This document shows positions 25,829 to 36,573 of a DNA stretch of 64,000 nucleotides, piece by piece. Where the stretch lies: positions 60,822,001 through 60,886,000 of the forward strand of contig OZ024743.1 of NCBI GenBank assembly GCA_964016885.1, read 5' to 3'. The stretch's first letter is position 1, and each line of letters begins with the position of its first letter. The translations under genes and the position numbers were made by a program. Source of the stretch: Eledone cirrhosa. Lineage: Eukaryota. The notes beneath the pieces were generated by a model. It saw nothing but the letters and a program-made list of their open reading frames with translations. It was not told the DNA's origin and ran no database searches.

Positions 25829-26062
25829 TGTGGATTCTTTTCTTTGTTTTTGTGCCTCTCCTTTGTTCTGTCCTACGCCATCTTGTGTTTGTATGTGTTG
25901 TGTGCTTAGTTTGCGCATGTGTTACATCCGGGTGTCTGTGTGTGTTTATATTTGTTTATTTATTTGTTTGTTTACATGTTACTGGTTGGTTGTTTGTTCT
26001 ATGTGAGTGTGTGTGTTTTCATTTTGTCCTTAATTGTAAGTTGTGATGTTGCTATTCCATTC

Positions 26063-26496
26063 ATCCTTTTATTCCATAAAAACACTTATTAGCAATACAT
26101 ACCCTTTTCAAAGACCTCCCTGTATAGATAAGAAATGTATAATCTGTAAACTAAGCCCCCATATTAACTGTAAAACTAGAAATGTAGTATATAGCATAAG
26201 ATGTACTGAAGGACAATGTAGAGATAAGAATATAGTGTACATAGGTGAGAGAGCTCGTAGTATAGGAGAACGGATAAATGTGAGAGCTTCAAGAGAGTAA
26301 AGAATCATCTGTACTCTACCAACATGCTAAAATAGAACATAAGGGTAAATTAAAGAACATAGAAATAAAAATAGAATCTACACACATAAAAGACGCAATG
26401 TTTAGACAAAACACAGAGGCAATAAACAAAAATGAACTCCAACCAAAATTAAATAGAAAGCTTGAATGGAATAGCAACATCACAACTTACAATTAA
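26063..26496 (+). pseudogene. PLE GIY-YIG endonuclease C-terminus with Cys-rich linker
   Basis: CIDKKCIICK...CKTRNVVYSIRC...YIGERARSIGERIN, then after a frameshift SVLYQHAKIEH...DAMFRQNTEA...PKLNRKLEW. Confidence 0.85.
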
Positions 26497-26697
26497 GGAC
26501 AAAATGAAAACACACACACACACATAGAACAAACAACCAACCAGTAACATGTAAACAAACAAATAAATAAACAAATATAAACACACAGAGACACCCGGAT
26601 GTAACACATGCGCAAACTAAGCACACAACACACACAGAAACAAAATGGCGTAGGACAGAACAAAGGAGAGGCACAAAAACAAAGAAAAGAATCCCCA

Positions 26698-26740
26698 GTC
26701 ACTGAAGAGGTCACAGAATGTGTGACGAAAGAACTTTGAC
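26698..26740 (+). ncRNA. Type I hammerhead in the 3' pLTR
   Basis: gtca CTGAAGA g gtcaca-gaatg-tgtgac GAAA gaac TT tgac. HHRs are an established feature of PLE pLTRs. Confidence 0.8.
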
Positions 26741-26949
26741 AATACATGAACAATCGTCTGGTTGTGGAACCAACGAACCAACCGGAAATTTATAAATTCC
26801 TAAATTTATAAATTTAATTTATAATAAATTGAAGTGAAAGCAACTGGTGCGTGTGTTTCTTATTGGCAACATGACCCTCCCAAAGTATAACAATATATAT
26901 ATATTATATATATATATATATATAGATAGATATAGATATAGATATATAT

Positions 26950-27655
26950 AACGGCGATGAATTAGTTTTGCGAGGTTTTTGATATGAAATCGTGTGTCGA
27001 AACAAATATTGTTATACTTGGGGAGGGTCATATTTGTGTAATATTGCCAGAATTAATAACAGAACACACTCACTGTTTGGTTGGTTTTCGCTTTTCGCTT
27101 CTGTGTCTTTTATATCGGTAATTTAATTTATTCGGTCCTCAATGTTGCCATTAACTGACCAACGGTCAAAAATACAGATACAATATAGACTCATATACAA
27201 TATAACACATATATATAGTTTATCAAAGTTCTTTCGTTGCACATCTGCAACATCGTCAGTGGTGCTATAGTTTCCTCCCGTTGCATTGTATTTTCTACGC
27301 CATCTTTATTTAGTCTGTTTATATACTTATTTTTTTGTTTTTTTTTTTGTTTTTTTTGTCTTCTTTGCGCATGCGTTTGCGTGTGTGTATGGTGTTTTGT
27401 TTGATGTGTGTTCGTGATTGGGTGACCTTATTGGTTAATGTATTCTATCTTTACTAGTGTGTGTTTATATGTGTTTGTTGTTATTGTGCTTGTGTATGTA
27501 TTTATTTATTTATCTATTTATTTATTTATACTTCTCTTAGGTCAGTGTTGTTTGTTTGGGTGTTGTTGTTATTCCATTCATTTTTTCTGTTTAGCCTTGG
27601 CCTTCTAAGTTCTATTTCACTGGCCTCTCTGATTTGCCTATCTGCTGGGTCATTT
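26950..27655 (-). mobile_element. 3' end of a PLE (same pLTR family as 14641-15245)
   Basis: Minus strand reads NDPADRQIREASEIELRRPRLNRKNEWNNN (GIY-YIG end) followed by the pLTR. Confidence 0.85.
27222..27263 (-). ncRNA. Type I hammerhead in pLTR
   Basis: acca CTGACGA t gttgca-gatg-tgcaac GAAA gaac TT tgat. Stem I is weak. Confidence 0.7.
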
Positions 27656-27796
27656 CTACAGATTAAACAAGGTCCAATGAATAAATCAAAGAATCACTTT
27701 TACAATAGATTGTAACCCCTCAACAGCAATGGTTTTCCGGAGTTATTAATATTAATTCAAAATATTAACAAAAATGGAACTTCTTGTGATCAAGTA

Positions 27797-27863
27797 TATT
27801 TTATTATACATATTTCAGAGGTACTGAGCTAACTTCAACAGTACGTCCTCGTCAGATTAAATA
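27797..27863 (-). ncRNA. Type I hammerhead ribozyme, canonical core
   Basis: tatttaat CTGACGA gga-c-gtactg...cagtac-c-tct GAAA tatgta TA ataaaata. Confidence 0.8.
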
Positions 27864-27926
27864 AGATGATGCATGACATACCCTGACATGGTAGATGGTT
27901 AAGATCCAGTCATGGTAGTGAGTAAG

Positions 27927-28472
27927 ATATGACAAAACTCAATATTTATATACCTTAAGATTGATACATGAAAAAACTTACATATAATACATATAATACA
28001 GAAGGTGCGTGTAAGAAAGCTTAAAAATACATAACAGTAATTTACATAACTGTTAGAGATTCAAATAATTATTGAAGAAAGTGGTAAGAAAAAAAGACAG
28101 AGAGAAAACAGATGAGGGGGAAATATAGCTAGTAAAGTATAGAGAGCAAAAGAGAATTGATCAAGGAAAGGGAGACAAAGAAGAATAATTATAATTATAG
28201 GGAGGGATGAATTATATATATCTATACATAACTATACATTTGGGCATAGCTATGCGATAGAGTAAACTCGAATCATTGAATTATTGAATTATCTAGAAAT
28301 ATTCATCAATCTAAATCCTAAATATAACTGGGTGTAATCAATAAAGGTTAATTTACTTTGTTAATTAGTTATATATACTATCCATAGTTATATATACTAT
28401 ATGTAAGTTTATATATACTATATGTAGGTTTTTTCATGTATCAATCTTAAGGTATATAAATATTGAGTTTTG

Positions 28473-28478
<6 letters not shown>
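27927..28478. repeat. Inverted repeat of about 57 bp (27927-27985 / 28420-28478)
   Basis: ATATGACAAAACTCAATATTTATATACCTTAAGATTGATACATGAAAAAAC and its reverse complement. Confidence 0.85.
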
Positions 28479-28524
<46 letters not shown>

Positions 28525-28976
28525 CAATAAGGACAGGCACGCAATATTTGAACTTGTTTATAGAACTGTCTCTGCTTTTGTCACTCTAAGTAGAGCTTTA
28601 ATCCCACTCCCCCCCCCTCTCCTACCACCAGAAAAGATATAAATACCACCACATTTATTGTGACAGTCAGATTCCTGATTATTTCTCAAGAATGAAACAG
28701 TTCTAGTCCTGTAGAATCTCATCTATATTAAAATTATATATATATATAGAGGGAGAGACTGAACGAATTTCTATAGACTTTTGACTGAGGAATATTCTCA
28801 CAACTGACCAATGGGAGGAGAAGAGGTCCTTTGACGCTGAAATTCGTTTGTTTAAATTCATATGATTCCACTTCCTCAGTGAAATAACAACCCAACCAAG
28901 AACTGGGCATATCAGAGTATTGACAAAGTTAAATACCTCAACAACATGTGTACTCGTCTCTACCACACTAATTCGG

Positions 28977-29031
28977 ACTGCCTGAAGAGGTCACAACCAA
29001 AGATGGCTGTCACCGAAATATATATAGCAGT
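28977..29031 (+). ncRNA. Type I hammerhead ribozyme, canonical core
   Basis: actgc CTGAAGA ggt-c-acaacca-aaga-tggctgt-c-acc GAAA tatata TA gcagt. Homologous to 16560-16615 with a different but still pairing stem II. Confidence 0.85.
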
Positions 29032-29202
29032 AATAAAAGAAGCCAAATTTTAAACATTTGACTTATTTATTTTATTTTACATTACTCCGGAGTAACCGAA
29101 CCAACCTGCGCACTTCGTCGAGTGCTCCAATCTGCATACTAAGGTGTTGGTATACAACCAACATATACTTAATATATAAATATATATATATATATATGTA
29201 TA

Positions 29203-29295
<93 letters not shown>

Positions 29296-30021
29296 CCACG
29301 TGACTACTGACCGTGTTTACTGCTAATATTCACAACCGGAGCGGACTAGAACGAAAACTTGTTGACGAAGTAAATTCCACTGTTCTATCTTCCAAAACCA
29401 ATAACTTGCAGGCCCCTGCAAGTGGATATTGTTGATTTCGGATTTACAGAAACCTAGCGGAGATATTATATAATATCAACGCGATGGTCCAGGTTTGTCA
29501 TATTTCTCTGAGTCAGTTTTTTTTCGTTGCTTTGGTCACTGCAGCTGGCTTATTGGTCTCTGTCTTCAATTTGCAAAGCTGTCTAAACGTAATGTTATAA
29601 CTCTAAGGTAATATGCCTTATTGAGTGCTTAGATGTACATCCCGATTGCATTCGTTAGCTTAGCTGCAGCCAGAGCTTCGATTATGCTGTACTAACTTTT
29701 GTATTATATAATTATACTGTGTTTGTGAGGAGGACGGCCGATTGAGCAGGGATTTTGAGACTAGAAATAGGTATTAATTTTACCACGACTATGCTACTTG
29801 ATACATCGATCAATGACCCTCTAAAACTATCGTAAAACAATGAATTAACTGTCTACCTACACCTGACTTCTGTTTTTATTCTTCTATGCACAAACATACA
29901 CACACACATATATATATATATACATATATATATTTGTATGATATATACGTATATGTATTGGTGCCTGTCAACACATTCACATATATGTATGCATAAATAT
30001 GTACATATGTGTTGGTGTGTT

Positions 30022-30257
30022 TGGTTTTAGGAAGCCGTAGCCATACAAACACCGGGTGGCTAACGCCCTCTGGTGATGTCCAGCAGAAGCAAGGGGGACA
30101 ACCGTCTCTGCATTTCAGGCTTAACTCATAGAAAAAGGGGAAAACTCATCGCTAGAACAGCCTAATGTAAAAATCACTTGAAGGTCAGAAACGCGCTGCC
30201 AGCGGTTGGCAGAAAGACAATCCATGCGGTGACGGGTAGATGAAATATAGAAATTAC

Positions 30258-30294
<37 letters not shown>

Positions 30295-30307
30295 GGGGGG
30301 GGGGAGA

Positions 30308-30366
<59 letters not shown>

Positions 30367-30812
30367 TTTCGTATCTCCAAAGTAACACAGTTTTAAGAAG
30401 CCGTAGCTATGCAAACACCGGGGTGCTAACGCCCTCTGGTGATGTGCAGCAACAAGGGGGATAACCGTCTATGCATTTCAGGCTTAACTGGCCTTCGCTT
30501 GCGACTAGCAAAATCCTATTTCTTTTTTTTATAAGTTGAGCCAACTTATGCAGCTTCATATGCAAATGAGATTAATCACCTCATTTACACAGACGAGAAA
30601 AGTATATATTCTCAGCTGTCTTCTAGTCCAGCAGTCGCAATCGGTGGGAAGGACCGTCCTGGCGAAGGCCAGTTAAGCCTGAAATGCATAGACGGTTGTC
30701 CCCCTTGCTTCTGCTGGACGTCACCAGAGGGCGTTGCCCCCCCCCCCCCCCCCGGTGTTTGCATAACTACGGCTTGCTAAAACTGTATTTCTTCGGAGAT
30801 ACGAAATATTTA
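30022..30812. mobile_element. Fold-back HHR element: arms 30361-30498 / 30662-30812, plus a third partial copy at 30022-30126
   Basis: Direct and inverted copies of GCCGTAG...AAACACCGG...AACGCCCTCTGGTGA...GCATTTCAGGCTTAACT. Confidence 0.8.
30653..30696 (+). ncRNA. Minimal type I hammerhead with CTGGCGA core (A6G)
   Basis: accgtc CTGGCGA aggc-cagttaa-gcct GAAA tgca TA gacggt. Stem I (6 bp) and stem II (4 bp) pair perfectly, and stem III is the palindrome tgca. Confidence 0.75.
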
Positions 30813-30863
30813 TACATATTGTATAAAGCTATGCTTGAAGCGAAATCCTATTTCTTCTCTCTT

Positions 30864-30913
<50 letters not shown>

Positions 30914-31139
30914 AATATATTACACAAATAGAAGTGTGTTACACAGTGAAATGTGTGTAAAGAATTATTACAAGAGCTAATAAATTCGAATGGTTGGGCT
31001 CTCCTCTCTAGCACTTTCCCCACTCCATGAGAACCGTTATTTGATGCAAATAACACGTAATTTCGCCCTACCCTGGGCAGCGTGTATATTAGCTTTCTCT
31101 CTATCCATGAGGTTAGATGTGTAGTAAACAGAATCTACA

Positions 31140-31214
31140 TTTGCTGACTGATAAACCTGTGGCTGTTAAACTTCACATTTCTGTGGTGAAACGAACTTAA
31201 TTCGTATCAGCAAA
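31140..31214 (+). ncRNA. Type I hammerhead with CTGATAA core (G8A)
   Basis: tttgctga CTGATAA acc...ggt GAAA cgaa-cttaa-ttcg TA tcagcaaa. 8-bp stem I. Lies between inverted repeats at about 30910-30974 and 31337-31402. Confidence 0.7.
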
Positions 31215-31857
31215 CTTATAGTTATAAGGTTAGTAATTTAAAATCCACTTCAGAGATTTGATTCTGACTTAGGTTTTTTTCTATTTAATTGCTAAACCTG
31301 TAGATATTGTTTTCTATACAGTAACGATAAGAATCATTTGTAATAATTATTTAGACACATTTCACTGTGTAACACACTTCTATTTGTGTAATATATTTGT
31401 ATCTGAGCTCAGAAGAAAATTCTCTATTCTTCTTTGAGCTAATATTATTATTATTACTGTGAACTGCGGAATGCTCTTAATTCCGATTGGTGCCGTCAGG
31501 CACCAATCACAAGCTTTCTGTCTAGACCACTGGCTATGTGACAATTCTTAGCCATTTTGAATTATTTTCTGGCGAGGATCATTTAAGAAAAATCTTTGTC
31601 CAATTGAGTTTGTCTCCTGATGATTTCGAAACTCGTTGATTTATCAATGATCGGATATTTCCAAAAAGCGAATGAAACCTTCGGGTGTAGAGATATGATT
31701 TTGGTACGTTTATGTACATTTTTTCTTCTAACTTTGATTTTGTACCTAAGTATGTATGGTTAACTATATGTCTAGTCAATTTCTACAGGCTATCAGAAAT
31801 ACTAGGTAAATCTTCTGCGGCTGTGGATCGCGGATAAAAAGCTATCATTTATTTATC

Positions 31858-31965
31858 TCTTTCATCCTTACGGGGTCGATAAAATAAAGTACCAGTAATG
31901 TACTTAGTAATTGCTGGCGTTGTGCCTAAAGTAGAAACAATTATATCTGGCCTTGTGCCTAAAGT
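31858..31965 (+). mobile_element. Family A SINE 3' half
   Basis: CTTTCATCCTTACGGGGTCGATAAAATAAAGTACCAG with a duplicated TTGTGCCTAAAGTA tail. Confidence 0.75.
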
Positions 31966-32144
31966 ATTAAAAAAAAAAAAAAAAATTATTTCTTCATAGA
32001 TACATTTTAAACTTATAGCCTCGTTTAAATGATTTTTTATGTGGTTGATTATGGTGATTGGGAGAAGAAAAACTGTATATATTTTATCAAATGATTCTAT
32101 GGACATACTTTCTTATATATATATATATATATATATATATAGGA

Positions 32145-32270
32145 AAATGTCCAAGACTTAGTCCAGAAATAGCCGTCGAAACGGCTTGAGCCCTGCCGTC
32201 GGGGTCTTGAAGATATTCCTATTACCCACTCTACTACCCTAAGTATTGAGTACTTTGGTGCGTTATGGTC

Positions 32271-32305
<35 letters not shown>

Positions 32306-32487
32306 ACGAAGGAAATGTGGTAAGGAACCAGGTGGACCATAACGCACCAAAGTACTCAATACTTGAGGTAGTAGAGTGGGTAATAGGAACCAGTAAGACC
32401 CCGACAGCTGAGCTCAAGCCGTTTCGACGTCCAGAATTAGCCGTCGAAACGGCTTGAGCTCAGCTGTCGGGGTCTTACTGGTTCCTA
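32145..32487. mobile_element. Two adjacent copies of the half-hammerhead fold-back family
   Basis: Match 1101-1293 and 62797-63015. Separated and flanked by (TA)n. Confidence 0.75.
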
Positions 32488-33029
32488 TATATATATATAT
32501 ATATTTATATATATACGTTTATGTTTGCGTGTGTATGGGCATTTGTGTGAGCATGTGCATGTGTGTAGGTGTGGGTGTATACATGTGTAGGTGGGGGGTG
32601 TATGTGTGTGTTTAGTAATTAGTATTCCTTAACTAACATATTTTAAGAAAAATGATACACACTTGTGGCGAAAATTATAGACATCATGTTTCACGAAAGT
32701 GTTTCTTTCCTTTGACAGACAGATACATCTCAATCTTTGATATTATGATTTTACCCAGCACCATGCGTATACACACACATAGACAGAAACATACACAGAT
32801 ATATATATATAATAAATGTAATCGGAGTTTTTCGAATATTAATAATAACATTCGATTCGTTTGCAATTATGCCAAGAAGCCTCATTTTTAAAGCCATGGC
32901 AGTAGAATGAACCCTTCATTATTGCTCTTGTGTTGGCATGCAAACATAACTTCATCAGCACAGCTCACTGTTCACCTGGCAACTATCAGAGCTAGTGAAA
33001 ATATATGCTATTTTCTAAAATATACAGTG

Positions 33030-33126
33030 ACTGATCGGCTTGATTTGCATATTAGCAGACTGGCTGATCAGTCAGATCTGCATATTAGCAGATCCACTGA
33101 TCAGCCAGATTTGCATATCAGCAGAG
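33030..33126. repeat. Three 33-bp tandem units with octamer-like ATTTGCAT
   Basis: CTGATCrG..rGATyTGCATATyAGCAGA repeated at period 33. Confidence 0.8.
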
Positions 33127-33404
33127 TGGCCAGTCAGTTTCCCGTATACGAGCGATAAATGGCCGACTTTGCCACATACAAATAATAATATATATATATG
33201 CTCTTATAAATATACGCCACATGGTCGGATGTATACCCTCCTCTCTCTATATATACACACACACACCTATATATATATATATAAGTATATATGTGTGTGT
33301 GTGTGTGTGTAGGAGTGCTTAATTCTGACTACTTAATAGTTGGTTGATCACGGTAAATGATTCTTTGCCCATATATATTTTAACACCATATTTCTGTGTC
33401 TCTG

Positions 33405-33506
<102 letters not shown>

Positions 33507-34259
33507 GTATTACTTTCATTTGTGGTCTTTCTGCAGACAATAAGTATATTATAATATATATTTATTTTGTTTTTCTGTAATATTTTCGTGCAAGAGAGCA
33601 CTGAAAGTGTTATTTTTCAATCTTACTTCCATTGAACCTTTACATTACAACGAAATTGAGATTGTTCTATTTCGATTTACTTTATATACTGCTCCCATAT
33701 GTAGAGCTGGCTGCTCTATTTCAAAGAGTTGATGAACTATTTGTAACTCTTTCATCAAATTCTTTGCTGTTCATATGCCTCCACAATCACTTGCAGTCAG
33801 TTTTTATTCCAGTGTGGTGTCATTTGCTGATTTAGCTACAGTGACCAGTCAGTTTTTTAATTGATCTGTTAATGGAAAAATTATATTGTGTGATATTATT
33901 TCAAAGACAGTTATTACTGACTAAAATCTCTTGTCTTCAATTCCATTAGTTCTACCTTGTTTATTTTAATTATGGTTGACAGTGCTTTTTTTTTCTTTTG
34001 AAATTTGAAACGGCTGTATAGGATTAATTCAGGTATAAATAATGTAAGTAATATATTATATTTTATAATCTGATTGCTTTTTTACCCTGTTATATGCATT
34101 TCATTATATATTATATTTACCTATGGTGTGGTCATGCACAGAAATAACGCATTATTCTTTATATCTACTTTATCTTCTCAACACTTTGCAAATGTCATAG
34201 AAATTGGTTACGTATAGACAGGATATGCATACAGGTATGTATGGATGCAGCATACACAA

Positions 34260-34575
34260 ATGTTTAAGAAGTTCACTATGTTATCATTAGATCCGGGGTG
34301 CAATCTCACTGCGGAGTATCTTGGGCAAGTTTATTTTCCCATAACCTGTGGTCGACTAATGCATTATGAGTGATATTGGGTAGACGGAAATTGTTTAGTG
34401 TCCCGTAGAATAAACGCACCTGTAATTCAAAGGGCCAATCTTGCTATATAGTTTGTGAAGCTCAATCTCTCTGAGGATGACAATAAGGCTACTTTTGTCT
34501 GTAGAATGCTCTGCCACTTTACATTAATTCCATGCAGATGCTATTCTGTTAATCAATTGGAAAATGCATTGTCGA
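34260..34575 (+). mobile_element. SINE family B (degraded)
   Basis: CCTGTAATTCAAAGGGCC...AATCTC...GTCTGTAGAATGCTC core shared with 47793-48110 and 60720-61000. Confidence 0.55.
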
Positions 34576-35064
34576 AACCCACTCATATTCATTCAGGTTT
34601 CATGTTCTTTCGTTCTAAAAGAACAGTTTCTTAATTGTTACCATCTTAATGACGCCATGATATTTCTTAAGTGTAACCCACTCAGCGGTGGCGATATCCA
34701 TGTAGTTAAACCACAGTGGATAGGCGGTGGAACCTTCTTGTGCCCGGCGTTCCCTGTAGCAAAGCCCTAGTCTTTTATTTTCAATTATGATTTCGTTTCT
34801 TATAGATTTTATTTCAGTAATACATATTTCTGAAAAAGAAAAAAAATTAAATATTTGGTGGCTGTGATCGCGTTTTTTGCCACGTTATATCTGAGTAAGC
34901 AGACCTATGATTGAAGGTGAGACAATCTCGTCGTTTTAAATTTAGTGTATCTCACAATACATGTATCTACACCATTTCAGAGATTCTGTATGACACTCGT
35001 GGCTTTACTAATATAATAAGAATCAAAACTGAGTGCTTATTCGTTGACGTGCATAACCTTACTG

Positions 35065-35430
35065 GTTACCGGTTACGGTGCTCAGCTCACAATCGTTAGT
35101 TTGATGCACGGGGACACGTTTTATCCTTCATCAATACACTTTGTTTTGCTTTGCTCCAGTTTACTCAGCTGTTAAATATGAATTGTACCAGTAAATCAAA
35201 TGGCCTGCCAAGCCATTCGCAATATTACGCCAACACTCTTCGAGCATTATGTTAAGGATGTATCTGTGGAAATATCAGCCATTGCATGTTAGTACTTTCA
35301 CGAACAGGATGTTCCATTGATTGCATCAACTATGACAGTCCTTGTCGAAACAGACGGAGATCCAACGCAGGATGTTCCATTGATTGCATCAACTATGACA
35401 GTCCTTGTCGAAACAGACGGAGATCCAACG
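35065..35430 (+). mobile_element. SINE family B with an exact 63-bp duplication of its 3' end
   Basis: 35305-35367 equals 35368-35430. Body resembles the other family B copies. Confidence 0.6.
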
Positions 35431-35883
35431 CCTTGGATTACATTATCCAATGTGACTACACCCGTGGTGCCTTTCTAGTGAGACATACATGGTATTAGTG
35501 GCAATAGAGAAAGGAAATTGGAATTTAAAGTTGACTGAGAGATTACTTGTTACTATGTTGTACATCTTATTCTCTACAATAGAAATTAGAGGTTTTCTTC
35601 ACTAGTATCAAAATATAGTTTATGAAGAGACAACAGAGTAAAGACATTAGCATAAATAACATAAGAGTACAATTCCCATCAGAACTAATTAGATTAGAAG
35701 AGCGATAAGAAGAAAATTACAGAGAGAAGTTGTCATCGTATAATTTGACATTGTGGAGAATGAATAAAGAATACGACGTTGTTTCGATATGTCGCTTTTT
35801 GTCTGTGACTGTCTCTTTTCCTCTTTCTCTCTATGAATGCCTGACTCTATTGACATATATACATATCTGTGTGTTTACGTGTA

Positions 35884-35926
<43 letters not shown>

Positions 35927-36449
35927 ACTCACACTCACACACTCACACTCACACACTCACACACTCACACACACACACACACTCATACTCACACACTCAC
36001 ACACTCACACACTCACACTCACACACTCACACACACACACATACCCACACACTCACACACAAACACCTTCGTGTCTTAATTAGCTACTAACACGAGCGCT
36101 AATAATATGCAAATTAGTACATCGCTTGCACGATACTGCCATAAGTGAGAGAGTTTATAAGCCCCTCCAATAAGAATTTCTTTTTGATCTTAGAAAACAT
36201 ACATGCCATCTAATGAAAGCCAAATTAGGTTTGAAAACCGGTTAAAGGCATGTATCACTTTTTGAATTTACAGGGAAGTCCATATTTGGCATATTTACAT
36301 GCCTACACACTCAATTTGTACATTTATAAATGCATTTACGCAGGCACAGTTAAATTTATTCTACGTATATACTGATATAATTCCATCATATGCTTCTGTA
36401 GCTTAGTGCACACCTCTATACAAGCATACATTCATATGTATCTACATAC

Positions 36450-36492
<43 letters not shown>

Positions 36493-36516
36493 TACACATA
36501 TATACATATATACATA

Positions 36517-36573
<57 letters not shown>

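Larger units (their letters stand above)
25576..26893 (+). mobile_element. 5'-truncated Penelope-like element: inverted pLTR - GIY-YIG fragment - pLTR
   Basis: 25632-26062 and 26463-26893 are inverted repeats of about 430 bp enclosing an endonuclease remnant. Flanked by (TA)n. Confidence 0.9.

Noticed and set aside
31612-31640. CTGATGA-tttc-GAAA hammerhead-like string
   Set aside because: No stem II and only a 2-bp stem I; compatible with chance.
33620-33840. Minus-strand trace resembling a decayed transposase (YIWEQYIK*IEI)
   Set aside because: Many stops and too little similarity to name a family by eye.
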